NCBI GenBank assembly: GCA_951406725.2
Contig: OX597831.1
Coordinates: 62,248,001 to 62,312,000 of the forward strand
Length of the DNA: 64,000 bases
DNA from: Octopus vulgaris
Lineage: Eukaryota
Direction of reading: 5' to 3'
The notes beneath the pieces are model-generated. The model did no database searches. It was not told the DNA's origin and worked only from the letters and a program-made list of their open reading frames with translations. Below are positions 38,881 to 54,577 of the stretch, piece after piece (position 1 is the stretch's first letter; each line of letters begins with the position of its first letter). The translations under genes were made by a program, and so were the position numbers.

Positions 38881-40827
38881 ATCTGCAATCATATGCAATG
38901 TAAAAAAAAACAATGCAGCAGCTTATCAAGATAAAACCTGATCAAAAGTATATGGAAAGCTTCAATTATTGAACTAGATCAACTAGAAGTAGGGATTTTA
39001 GTCTAAAATACTACTACCAGAATCATTTTTGATTCATAACAAGAGCAATACCTCTTAGTTTGACGTCACAAATGTAGAATCTACTGCTGTTTCGTTCTTG
39101 GATTCCTTCTTCGAAGTTTTAATACCATATATATTAAGACGATAACAAGTTAACTACAGTATATGTATAGGGGCAATCGACTTGTTAGAAAAAGCGAGCA
39201 AGTTTCTTTTAATTTAAACGCCTATATGTAAGACAGTATGTAGTTAGAGATACACGAATCAGGGACATATTTTATGAAAACTCTGCTCGGTTAGGATTTA
39301 ACAGGGGCGTAACAGAGGCACCAAATTCATAATTAAAGAAGATCCGATACAGGAAATTCGACAATTGGCTCAATCTATTAAAATTAGTTGGCGCAACATC
39401 GTTAAAGTACACATTTAAATAATCTAAAAATGCTCGTGTGCTCATGTGACAAATAAAGGAAGCATACAGATAATTACAATGCAATAAGATAATAATATGT
39501 GTCGAGAAGCTTGCCGCTACTTAGCCTTCAACTTTCTAAGAAGAACATCAAAATCGCCATCAGGTTATATCATAGCGTCTTAAATAATGAAAGATACAAT
39601 AAATGACATTCGAAAAGCTGTGTTGGAAAGCATTCGACTATAAGCAAGATTAATCTGGCTTTACATGAGACTAAAAGATAACAAATAGAACAACAGCAAA
39701 GTGAAATTTGATATCCCTTTATAGTAATGGCGGATATAAATTCTGATTTGTTGATTTCTTCAGTCTCGCTGCATATGGTATGGACAGTGAGGACCGATCA
39801 TGAAAGAGAAATACAAGGAGAGATATTACAAGAAATGGAGGGTGTGTGCAAATACTAAACTTGGTGGAAGGAATGCTACGCTGAGAGAAAAAATCATAGA
39901 GACTGAGGGATTAGGTGTAGGTAAGACAGATTAGGTAGAAGAGGCATTACAGAACGGAAAACCTGTTTTACTTGATTTTATTTCAATGTAATAAACATTT
40001 TTCCTTTGAAAATAGTATTCTTTCCATTACATTGTAAAATTATGGTTTAATTTAGATAGGAGCTAAATCATAATTATTATAATTATGCTATATTTCCTTA
40101 TGTTACTTATAGTGGCAAAAGAATGCTTCCAAAGTTACCAATCATAGGACGTATAACTCTCGTTAGTATTATTTAAAAAATTCCTTTTACAAAGTCGTAT
40201 TTCCGAAATAGATTTGCTATGTTCTACGAGACTCTGGTTGCTAGAATTATTGTCCTATTACTAGAATTAATTCTCTTTATTAAAAACAAAATACAAGTGA
40301 ATATTTGCTCCTGGGAATCTACGTATATTTCGTTGTGCTTAGTTTCAATACATCTGCGTCGATTTTCATGTAATTATAAGTAATTGTATTAATACCTTCA
40401 ACATAATAGTGTGCAAAGAAGGTGAGAGTTTTTAAAAATCTTTTTAGGCTGTTTCCCATATACGTATTGAATTGACGTTCAACTTAAGGTCATGCAGCCT
40501 AATGCATTTTTAAAACACCATTAGCGGCTTCATAACTACTTCAATAACATGTTCGAATGAGTGTTAAGAGGGAACACTGCATGAATATCGATTGTTGGAA
40601 AGGTAAGGAAGCTTATGTGGTACACACAGTGATAATGTATCCCTCGGTGCCAACGATTCTCCCAGCTCCGTAACACATTGAATTCGTTATAATATTGTCA
40701 GAACAGAAATATAGAGGATGCACTAGTGGTTGTAGTAGGCTGTGGAGTGAGATATTTCACACAAATCAGATGGTCTAATGCCTACGTTTTAGAGGAGTGT
40801 TCTGTAGGCTCTTTTCTCTGGAAACAT

Positions 40828-40862
<35 letters not shown>

Positions 40863-40866
40863 TTTT

Positions 40867-41058
40867 TTTCAGCAACATTGAGGAACGGCCCCGATAGGCT
40901 ATTCGACCCACTAGAAAGAGCAGCCAAGACTCAAACCGCTAAATAGTAGTAATTCAGAATTTAATTTCTGAATTACTCCTATTTAGCGGTTTGAGTCTTG
41001 GCTGCTCTTTCTAGTGGGTCGAATGGCATATCGGGGCCGTTCCTCAATGTTGTTGAAA
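40867..41058. repeat. 192-bp near-perfect hairpin (93-bp arms, 6-nt loop)
   Basis: 40867-40959 is the reverse complement of 40966-41058 with only a few mismatches. Confidence 0.92.
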
Positions 41059-41202
41059 TTATATACATAGTCTGTGACTATTTTCTCTTTCTCAATAGAC
41101 CGCTGGTGGCAAAAAATTTATATTGAATTTTTTACTACCCTTATATTGATTAATATATATATATATATATACGCGAGAATGAAGCAACAAGAATGGATAG
41201 GT

Positions 41203-41293
41203 TTTTAGTACAATCGTTTCATACAAGGACAGGTTTTATTAAAAGTTGCAAAGATTACAGCATATAAACGTGTCCCGTACTCATCAGCTAAAA
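41203..41293 (-). ncRNA. Mirror copy of the hammerhead at 42149-42239
   Basis: Reverse complement within the left arm. Confidence 0.85.
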
Positions 41294-42148
41294 TACATGT
41301 GAGTTCTCTAGACATCCTAGTGCTTGAGGCTATACTCATGAAGTAATGTAGATAATTAAGTAACATAAACAGATTTCAAAAGTTCATTAAAGTTCTTTTT
41401 CTTTTTCTTCTTTTTCTTTTTTCCCTTCCTTCCCTATTCCTTTTCTTTTTCTTTCTCTTTTTCTCTTTTTTTCTTTTTCTTCTTCTTATTCTCTTTTTCC
41501 TTTTCTCTTCTCTTTGAGTCCCCCTTTCCCCCCCCCTTTTTGCCCCCTCCTCTTTTATTTTATTTTATTTTCTTTCTTTTATTTTCTCTCTTTTCTTCTA
41601 TGCCCCTCCCTTTTCTATTCTATACAGCTCCAGTAAGCCCTTCAGCCTTTAAAAGTTAAATAGCTACAGCCTCTTGTAAATAGCAGTAATGTGATTAATG
41701 TGGCAAATACCTAATCATATAGCAAGAATTGATACCTACCTCATTGTGTTCAACCATTGATAAATTTATCGCCTGTGAATATGAAATTCCTTGAAATTTA
41801 CACCTACACCATTGGAAATTGTGCATCTATACAAAGGATTAATTCACCCTCTCTGTAATGCTAATAAGCAGGAATTGAAACCCACCTCGTTGTAATTAAC
41901 AATGGATAAATTTGCCTTCTGTGAGTATGTAATCCCTCATCATATCTCTGGAAATTCATATGTGCACTATGGATTGGGTCACCTTCTCTGTGATGCTAGT
42001 AAGACTTTTTTAAAATTCTGTGATAAGACTGTACATCATCTTTAAAGAACTTTAATGAACTTTTGAAATCTGTTTATGTTACTTAATTATCTACATTACT
42101 TCATGAGTATAGCCTCAACCACTAGGATGTCTAGAGAACTCACATGTA

Positions 42149-42239
42149 TTTTAGCTGATGAGTACGGGACACGTTTATATGCTGTAATCTTTGCAACTTT
42201 TAATAAAACCTGTCCTTGTATGAAACGATTGTACTAAAA
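42149..42239 (+). ncRNA. Type I hammerhead ribozyme with long stem II loop
   Basis: TTTTAG-CTGATGA-GTACGGGACA..TGTCCTTGTAT-GAA-AC-gatt-GT-A-CTAAAA. Confidence 0.85.
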
Positions 42240-42386
42240 ACCTATCCATTCTTGTTGCTTCATTCTCGCTTATAATCACCCCACATTACTGTATTGTTAA
42301 ATCAGTATAGTTTTTTTTGGTGCATCTAAGTTAGGTACCATATTCAAGTAAATTCATTTAAATTAACTTGAATCTTTATTGCTTTT

Positions 42387-42456
<70 letters not shown>

Positions 42457-42466
42457 ATGTGTGTGT

Positions 42467-42977
42467 AGAAGGTACAAAAATAACACACGTGTGGATATGT
42501 GTAAGGTAAATAAGACAAAGATAGGAAATGCTAAAATAATTTTCTCATAACACACGTTTTAGTACGGGTTTCCGTCTTTTAAACTTTTTCAACTAAGAGT
42601 AAAATAAGGAAAAACAATTAAATTGGAGAAAAAAGTAAGTGAAATATTTTGTAGATATTTCCATAGTTTTAAATAGGTATATGTTTCCATTGTTTTCAGA
42701 TAGCCTCTCTTACTCTCTTTCTCTCTCTCCTTCTCTCGCTCTTTTCTTTTGTAAGGCATTCACAAAGAAATACAGGGAGAGGCTATCTGAAGATAATGGA
42801 AATATTTACCTATTGAAAGACTACCGAAATATATGCAAAACGTTAATTGTTTCTCCAGTTTAATTATATCTCTTATTTTACACTTCGCGGAGAATGTCTG
42901 AAACGTAGAAACCGGTACAAAATGTACTTGATGATGGAATTATTTCAGCCTTTACTACCTTGTCTTATTTTCCTTAT

Positions 42978-42982
<5 letters not shown>
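42467..42982. mobile_element. Old foldback element with ~200-bp diverged inverted arms
   Basis: aataggtatatgtttccattgttttcagatagcctctc pairs with gagaggctatctgaagataatggaaatatttacctatt, and ataagacaaagatag pairs with ctaccttgtcttat. Microsatellite flanks. Confidence 0.7.
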
Positions 42983-43055
<73 letters not shown>

Positions 43056-43220
43056 TATTGTATGTATATAGGTAACTTCTAAGCAGTGTTTCGTAATTTC
43101 CTAATAGCAAGTGCTGTCATAGCTGAATTATGAATGTTGAATTACGACTTGCAACGTTCTTTTTCATAAGAACTATTTCTGTTACTGCATTCTATCTATC
43201 TATCTATCTATCTCCTTCGC

Positions 43221-43309
<89 letters not shown>

Positions 43310-43360
43310 TATATAGATAGATACATAGATAGATACATAGATAGATAGATAAATATATAT

Positions 43361-43401
<41 letters not shown>

Positions 43402-43406
43402 TAGAC

Positions 43407-43456
<50 letters not shown>

Positions 43457-46075
43457 ATAGAATTATACTACTTCCATATGGGTTGAAATACTGCAAGTGC
43501 ATACCAGAATAACATTTGACGTTTTAATGCTGTCCTTCTTTCCTGACTCGATAGAAGTGTCTCTAATTTCATGATGTCTAATTCTTAAAATAACCTTCAA
43601 AGCCTATTATTTTTATAATCAAGCATTCGACAAAATTATCCGAAGATGGTTTCCTTAGAAACACATTTCTGTATAACACACAAAAAAGAAACTGATTATT
43701 CATACAAAATAGATATTGCAGTGGCATGTTATAAACGTGATATTTAACAGGTTTATGGTAGAGGTCCTTAAAAATTCAAATATCGAAAAGAGAAAGAGAA
43801 CTATGTTTTTTTTTATATATATTATCAGCTAAGGGGAAAAAAATTCAGAACGATTTTATCAGAAACGCCTTTTTAAATCACTGTTTCTTTTAAAACAATA
43901 TAACTCTTTCCACCATTTCATAACAAACGGCGACTAAATATTAAACAAATTTGAAACGTCAGTGCCTAAAATAATACAATGTTTAATATCATTCTGTCTG
44001 CATAGAGACATTAAAACAATGCATATATAATTTAAACATTATGTGCAACTAACGTCTTGTATATAACCATCATTACGTTCTTATATAATCTCTAAACGCT
44101 TCAATAACTGACTATAATCAATCTCTTTTCATGTTTTCTTTTTCAACAGCAGCTATCACTAACCTGTCAACAATGTCTTCGCCTCAGACACACGTGTTTT
44201 CACTCATCTCATAGTCAAAACTTATTACTATTGATCTTTCTCTTCTCTGTTAATTTCTTCTCAGACATAAGATGCGATAATATTCAACAATGTTCTAATT
44301 TCAAGAATACAATATTGTGCGTTAACTGTAATAACAGAACTGATGTTATCGTTAAACAGGTGTTTGAAATTGAACTTCTATAAGCTTTTACAAATGATAA
44401 TATTCGCAATATTTTCAAATATACTCTTTTGCAGTTTGCTCCAGATGACAACAGCATGTATCATACCAATTTGTAAACTAATATTGACATTTCAAATCCA
44501 AAAAACTCATCAGATATATTAAAGATATGCAAATAAATAGATACGCCCACAGATCAGATACATACCAATTCATCTATCTCCATTTTACAACCATAATCTT
44601 CATAAGAAAATAATGATGGATGAAGGCATGTAAGATTACATAATATTATCATCAATACTTGCAATTCAGGGTGGATAATATATAGTTGTACAATCAGTTT
44701 AAGAATTTTGTGCGCGTTTGGAACCAGCTACAACACCCGCGAGAAATACCCTGATTCACCACACAAATTATTTCATATTTGAAGCATCATATTTCTGTTT
44801 CCTCAGTTGTATATGATGGTATAGTTATAATCATGACACTTGATACGAACTCGTTTTCAATACTTTATACACGTGTCGTCTCTAAGAGTTGTAAATATTC
44901 GCGTACGTTTATATCAATATCATTAGATTAAATCACAGCATGTTTAAAGTCATATCTTTTTTATAAACTTCTAATCTGTATTTGTTGAGGTATATAATTA
45001 AGCTTTATATTATATTTTATTACGAGGCTGTAATTAAATATATTACTGGAAAAATTTGTATATTTTTAGTTACTACAACCAATGGAATGAAACGCAAGTT
45101 ACTAACTTATTAATTTTTTATGTGAAAACTTTAGCAATTTATGAATGTCTTTCATCAGATGAAAGAGAATCTCAAGAACTTATGGCATTATGGCTGCGAG
45201 GATGCGTCAAGTAATTCATTCTCAAGACACTTATCTTTCTTTGATTTATCTGACTAACTTATCAATCTCCTATAACTTCTTAATTCCGTGGCGAAAATCT
45301 TGCCAAATCGAATAAAAAGCTTTAGTAACACTCACAATATTACGATATCAAACGCTGTGCCAACATTTTACATTAACTGCTCTTTTTAATCAAATACAGA
45401 TGGAATCATATATCGAGATTCGATTTTGCACTTGATTTCGACGTACATATACCCAAATTGGTACAATGTTCTCTTGTGTGAATTATTTATACGTTTCTCT
45501 AATTTCTTTATCTAGCGAATAATACAAGACTTTTGATGGCATCTTCCAACAGCGCTGCCAAATTTTAGTAGTTAAATGCAACCAATCGACATGTTATAAA
45601 AATTTAAGTAGCATTTATCAGCTGATGCAACACCTTAGAAGAAATGTATCGAAAACTATAGAACAAGGATGTCTATGTTATAAATATATTTTACAATATA
45701 TTTCAATGTTATTCTGCAATTTATCGTTTATCATACATATCTTACACCACGACAATTTCGTTTGATGACAATTGCAGTTTTTTTTTAAAGCAGGATTATT
45801 CCTTTTTGAGAAGTGATTGTTACACGTAGCTTCCGTTTAAAAAAAAATGAACAATGAAATATATCTCCTGTACATTGGATTGATATATATTCCTACACGC
45901 ACACACACACACACACACACATACGCGCACTCACACACACACACATACGCGCACTCATACACACACACACACACACATACACACATATAAATAAAGACAA
46001 TTATAAGTATATATGTGTTTGCATGGATAAATCACTCCTTCTTTTCCGTCCAGCTCCTCAAACTTTATTACTGGT

Positions 46076-46509
<434 letters not shown>

Positions 46510-48246
46510 TTTTACAATTACTCTCCTTAGCATGTTTTTCGTCGTTCCATGAGTTTTGCGATGTAGTGTTACTTATTTACCATATTAGATATATTTCGTA
46601 TAAACTCTTGTCGTGGTGTTTGTTATGGATTTTTTTTTGTCGTTCAGTGAGACAAACTTAATTCAAAACATTACGAAATATATTTTTCCGAAGAACTGAA
46701 AAGAAAATAATAATGGTAACGGTTGTATCCACAAGTAAGTAACAGGAACGCGGTTTGATCAAAAGTATCGGAACTGGTGCTGAAAACTGCAATTCATATC
46801 AATTCGTCATTTAATCTACTTCGAAGTAATTCCCTTCTGAAACCACACACTTTATCGAACGTCGTTTCCATTAATAGAAGCGTATCAGAAACACCTTTTT
46901 ATGGGTTAGTCAGCGGAAGAGTACAAACTAAATTTCCGATTGTCTTCGTTCGATGTTTCTTTTATTTGCTGTTTTTTAGCACAATTTCGCCTGTTATATT
47001 TGGCACCTCCACTCCTCCCAAGGAGCAGAGAACATGAATATCGTTAAATAACTGCTGAAAAGCATTTTGTTCATCGCTATCAAAATTCTAAGAATTACAC
47101 TTGCTTGAGTGGTGATATCTTTTGTCGAACGCAGAAACAAAATGAACATAATATTGACAATATTGGAAATAGAACTCAGCACGAGAGGAAATGCAAAGCG
47201 CATATTGTATGGAAATTTGTTCTGCGATGTATCGTTCGTCCAGTTCGCTACTTTCCTTGTGAAGCTCAGCTGAAAACACAGTAGCATATATTCTGTGATA
47301 TAAAGCATGTATTTTCTGATTTAACATGTAGAAAATAAGGACAGAGGAAGGGGCAATAAGGAAGAGTCAGCAGAAAAATAATTAAAGGAATTCACAACTC
47401 AGCGGAATTCACAACTCAACTATAACGAACGTATAAGGTGTGTATAGGCTGCGTTATGATGCGAAGTGGCAAATGAATAATTGATTAAATATTGGATATC
47501 GTAGCCTTCGTCTACCAATGAAAATCAGACCAAGGATCTTTCAGCAATGACCTACTTACTAGGTGAGTTATATATGATTTGAACAAAATTGACACAGAAT
47601 ATAGGTATTTTTTTCTATATAAATTATGTCGAAAAAGCATGAGATCTGTATCGGGTTTAGTCAACAGCGATAAAGAGCTGAAAGTTCAGTTAGAAATATA
47701 GATGATAATTGACAACGCGCACTTTCGTAATATACTCGAGTTCGTTCATTAGACACTAAGATGGAAATATAATTTGTGATATAAAGCAGTAGCATAGTTC
47801 TTAATCACGTTATATTACCAATCATCAAATGACCCACTTCTCCCAAGAAAGTAGAAGTGGATAAAACACCTAATTGCTAATATCTCAGTTACAGCCTTCA
47901 TGAAGATCAGCTATAACTACAATGTCAATATCAAGTAAGGCTGCTGCAAAGACTTTATAAACTTCACAACTTCAGCAAAATGAATTAGTCAAATTAGCAC
48001 TATAGCCATCAAAAAGATTGTTAGTGTATTGAGGATTGTCACCATTGAGACAAGCAGCATCACAAGAATTGTATAGAATATTTTTCTTTCTTCACCTTCC
48101 CTTAAAGTGACGAAACCGAGTAGGCGGTTACATACTAATATGTATTTGTGAGGCAATCTGACAAAATTCCCGAGGGACGTCTAAAATTATAAGGTGTTTT
48201 GCTAAGCTTCAAAATTAACTAAGAGCCATCCAACTACAACCATGGC

Positions 48247-48659
48247 GGATCTTTACGGTTTGAACGGCAGTCCTTTAAAATAATTTCCACGTAACTAAAC
48301 ACTTTTAAACTTCGTATACTGGTAGAATGTGTTTATAAAGCATCTTTTTCACTTGGCTTTATTGAGAAATTTCCATAGTTTGTAAGATATTTGTTGTTGT
48401 TTTTTCTTCAATTTCTGCAATTTCAACCAATCAATGACGTCTATTGAGGTAAAAAAACATTCTGTGCCGTATGGATATGTCCCTCATTTAAGAAACAGAT
48501 TGGGTCTATTTACATTTGTGAAGAAAAAAAGATACCCTTTCCCCCACCCCTAACCCTAAAACAGATTGAAATATAATAGATCGATACTGAGTTCATAATT
48601 ATGGGTGACAATTTCATATGATACCGCTAGAAAAACTGCCGTTCGAACCGAAGAGATCC
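48247..48659 (-). mobile_element. Second full copy of the GGATC-TIR MITE with perfect 8-bp TSD
   Basis: TSD accatggc at 48239-48246 and 48660-48667; reverse complement of 29270-29693. Confidence 0.92.
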
Positions 48660-49789
48660 ACCATGGCTACTATAATTTCAAAACTAACGTACAGCGAAAA
48701 TTTTGAAGAAGTTCCCCCGTTCTGAAATTAAATCGATAAATTCGACATCGGCTACAGCAGAAATGAGATTAACAGCTTAGGGAAAAAACAAAGCCTCTAC
48801 CACAACAGCCAGAACAAAGCAGCACCTGTAGATAAAAAAATTATTATTATACATAATGGCATGTAAAGACGAAATTATATAAACAAACTCGTCCCCAGAA
48901 AGGGGTGAGGTAGATTTCTTTTGTTCCCCATATCTGCAATCTATATAGAATTATTGAAAATACTCGCAGGGAAGTTGGAATCTGAGCAGGCAACACAATT
49001 ATAAATTATTAAGATATTAAATAATATATGATATTCAAGGCTGACAGTGTATATGTTTTTTTGTTTGTTTTTTTTTTTTTGTTCGATCAGTGAATGGGAA
49101 ACTCTAGCAATATTGAACGTCACACTTAAACTAGGTTGTTCCTTCCTACTTTTACTACTTAGTAAACGCTGATACATACATACCATGCTAACTTTTTCCT
49201 TTGAAAATACTCCATTTCAATGCGCTTTTATAATCGAGTGCAGCTCGATTGCATGTATACGTAGATTTAATATTACTCTATAGATGACACATTTTTTCAT
49301 CCTACAGACAAATAGTCGCTGTTTTTATTCATGAATATTATAAAGATGAAATAATACACAAAAGAATATAATAGGATCTCTGCGAATTGGAGAGAAAATC
49401 AATAATGGATCTCATAACAGAAGAAATAAAATAACATTTCTATACACTTTCTCCATTTTTTTTCTATTTAAACCGTATAGGCGGGTGTAAAGTATCTCTC
49501 ATGTATTTTTAAAATAATTATGCGGTAGCTGTTATGTTACTTTGTAACCAAACATAGAACAGTATTTGTTTTAATAAATATAGATTATGGGTATTTGTAC
49601 GCTAAAATTAGATGCGTTGGTAAACGTTAGGAACGAAAAAGTTTGAGTTTCAACAGGAGAAAATGTAATCTCTCCTTCGAATGCAAACAGAAAACTCTAC
49701 TTTATGAATCGACCAATTTTTTACCTCTTTCTTTCATTCTTTCGCCAGCATAAATATATAAATGCATACATACAAATATATACATACAT

Positions 49790-49837
<48 letters not shown>

Positions 49838-49957
49838 CTATAAATATCTGTAAATATAAACCATCCGATCTTCTGATTACCTCATTTGTTCTAATATATA
49901 TTACCTGTACATCATCTCCAAACCTTCCAATATCTCTCTCTCTCTCTCTCTCTCTCT

Positions 49958-50490
<533 letters not shown>

Positions 50491-50539
50491 TATATACCTG
50501 CACACATATATATGCATGTAAATATTTATGTATTGCCTT

Positions 50540-50975
50540 ATTTGAATTCAGTGATTTAACTGCGGCCATGCCGGAGCACCGCTTTTAAGTGTTTTTGTCC
50601 AATAAATCAACCCCAGGACTTATTTTTTAAAGCCTAGTACTAATTCTATCGCTGTTTCTTCTGAAGAGCTAGGTTACGGGGACGTAAATACACCAGCATC
50701 GGTTGTAAAACTATGTTAGGGGGACAAACACAGACATATAATCATATACACACACATGAACACACACACATACACACACATACACACATATATATATATA
50801 CGTACATATATACGACGGGCTTCTTTCAATTTCCGTCTACCAAATCCACTTAGAAGGCTTTTGTCAGCCCGAGGATATAGTAGAAGACACCTGGCCAAGG
50901 TGCCATGCAGCGGGACTGAACCCGGAACCATGTGGTTCGTAAGAAAGCTACATACCACACAGCCACACCTATGCC
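50540..50975 (-). mobile_element. SINE family A, diverged
   Basis: Tail, internal microsatellite and head recognisable. Confidence 0.85.
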
Positions 50976-51083
50976 TATATATGATGTATGTATATGCATA
51001 TATTTGCGTGTATATACTTATATATATGCATACATACACATATATATATATATAAATATATATATATATGTATGTATATATGT

Positions 51084-51151
<68 letters not shown>

Positions 51152-51233
51152 GTATACATATATACATATATACACATACATACATACATACATATATACA
51201 CACACACACACACATACACACATATATATATAT

Positions 51234-51790
51234 ATAGGTTGGTTGCGAAAACATTTTTAAAAAGACACCACGTATAGTTTTTATATTTTCTAATCGTCTT
51301 ACGTTTTATTTCGTATTCCCCCAATGACAGGTCCCTTGACTGTTCAGGAGCGGCCGAAGATTGCAGCACGCCATGAAATGTGGAATCCCATCGTTTTGGC
51401 ATGCATGGAAAGGTAAGCATGCAAGACTACGTCCGGAGACAATTAAAAATTTGTTATGCAAAGCTGATGACGACAGGTTTTGTGAACGATACAAGAATTG
51501 ACCATCCAACCACACACCAATCACCAACAGTGCAGGAAATGCATAATCGCAGCCCGGAAATATCAACACATCAAGCAGCTCGTGAAAGTGGAATAACAAG
51601 ACATACAATAAGTATGATGTTGCATAAATAATTGAATGCTCGTGCGTGGAAATCCCATTACGAGGAGGAGATAAAACCTGAGGACTGTGACCGTAGATAT
51701 CCAGAAGTGCAGAACTCTAAGAAGTCCAAATCTCACGACGGGAGATTTTACCTGTGGGGTTACAAGAAGGTGTACACGACAAAACCTCAC
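51234..51790 (+). mobile_element. Internally deleted Tc1/mariner-superfamily relic
   Basis: [17 protein letters not shown] (HTH-like start) and RSPNLTTGDF.LWGYKKVY, resembling RSPDLTP.DF.LWGY.K..VY. Confidence 0.65.
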
Positions 51791-51791
51791 A

Positions 51792-53067
<1,276 letters not shown>

Positions 53068-53399
53068 TATATATATCATAATACGTGTTAGGCAAAAGAA
53101 TTTGCTTCACCACACACCAAATTTTAGAAATAGCAGCCAAAAGAAACTAGCTATTTCTTCTACTGTAAGAAACAACTCCCAGACAATATATGCTCAAACA
53201 CATATCACGTAGATAGAGAAAGAAAATAGGGAAATTCATCTGGCATTAGATTAAGCGTGAACGCGTTCCGAAATTGGATAGATATGAAAAATGCAAGAAC
53301 CGGACTTCCATTCTGATCACTTTTCTCGTCAGCACAGTATTTCCATATACTTTAAATTTGGTAGCACTGAAAAAACCTGAACATACCTATCTGATTCTA

Positions 53400-53571
53400 G
53401 TAACACCAGACAAATTGTATCCATGGCCAGTACTGCCGATAGTAAACCACAGGTTTCTTCTGTAGAAATTTTGATTAACAACACACGTGGGTGGACGGGG
53501 GAATGCGAGACCTCATTCGTATGTCTTGAATTCGGCAGTACTGGTCATGGATACAATTTGTCTGATGTTAC
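53400..53571. mobile_element. 172-bp MITE-like element with 40-bp TIRs
   Basis: gtaacaccagacaaattgtatccatggccagtactgccga (53400-53439) is inverted at 53532-53571 with 2 mismatches. Confidence 0.75.
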
Positions 53572-53740
53572 ATACTATCTACGTACGTACGCTTTCATGT
53601 CGAGTTATGAGTAGACATATCTAGACATTTCCTTGATTCATCAATGACCTTGAATTGTGATAGTGGACCTATGTTGTATACGATACTTACCCACGATACT
53701 TTATACTATATATATTTCATAATGCTTCTTAGCAATTATC

Positions 53741-53844
<104 letters not shown>

Positions 53845-53857
53845 TTATATATGTATG

Positions 53858-53906
<49 letters not shown>

Positions 53907-54041
53907 ATGCAATACTAGAGTATTGCTTTCCAGTAAAGAATAGCCCGTGAGGGAAAAATATACAAAGAAGTAAATATATGGCACAACGAAGTACCCATAT
54001 TTACTGGAAATAACGAACGTAATACTACGACGCTAATGTAT

Positions 54042-54370
54042 CTTTTTAAGACTCCGCCGGTTACGACGACGAGGGTCCCAGCTGATACGATCAACGGAAC
54101 AGCTTGCTCGTGAAATTAACGTGCAAATGGCTGAGCATTCCACAGACACGTGTGCCCTTAACGTAGTTCTCGGGGATAATCAGCGTGACACAGAAAGTGA
54201 CAAGGCTGACCCTTTGAAATACAAGTACAACTCATTTTTGCCAGCTGAGTGGACTGGAGCAACGTGAAATAAAGTGTCTTGCTCAAGGACACAACGCGTC
54301 GCCGGGAATCGAACTCACAACCTTACGATCATGAGCCGAATGCCCTAACCACTAAGCCACGCGCCCTCAC
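54042..54370 (-). mobile_element. SINE family B, full length, 18-bp TSD
   Basis: TSD act(a/g)cgacgctaatgtat at 54024-54041 and 54371-54388; minus-strand A box TGGCTTAGTGG and B box GTTCGATTCC. Confidence 0.93.
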
Positions 54371-54497
54371 ACTGCGACGCTAATGTATAGCTTCACCGCG
54401 TATATACTGGCAAAAATGCGTGAGTGCAACAAACTTGAAAAAAATTGTCTTACCTCCAGGGAGAACATCTGAAAGATGAAATACCCAGAAAAGGATA

Positions 54498-54577
54498 ATG
54501 TGGGACCGGCGTCGGTTTCAGATTTTTCAAGATATGCCTGCACACATATACTTGATCTATCTTCATCAGCCAAACAT
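54498..54577 (-). ncRNA. Type I hammerhead ribozyme, canonical core, GUC site
   Basis: atg.tt.TGG-CTGATGA-AGAT-(tcaag.atatg..catat.cttga)-ATCT-GAA-ACCG-acgc-CGGT-C-CCA.cat. Confidence 0.85.

Larger units (their letters stand above)
41173..42388 (+). mobile_element. Non-coding HHR element with 226-bp inverted pLTR-like repeats (41173-41398, 42044-42269) and a 3' tail, in (TA)n
   Basis: One mismatch seen between the arms. The body has a pyrimidine tract and a diverged ~140-bp tandem duplication (41722-41867, 41868-42003); tail 42270-42388. Confidence 0.88.

Noticed and set aside
47500-48910. Possible host exons (ggtgagt donor at 47562, Ser/Thr-rich stretches)
   Set aside because: No sustained ORF or recognisable protein; splice-like words are expected by chance.
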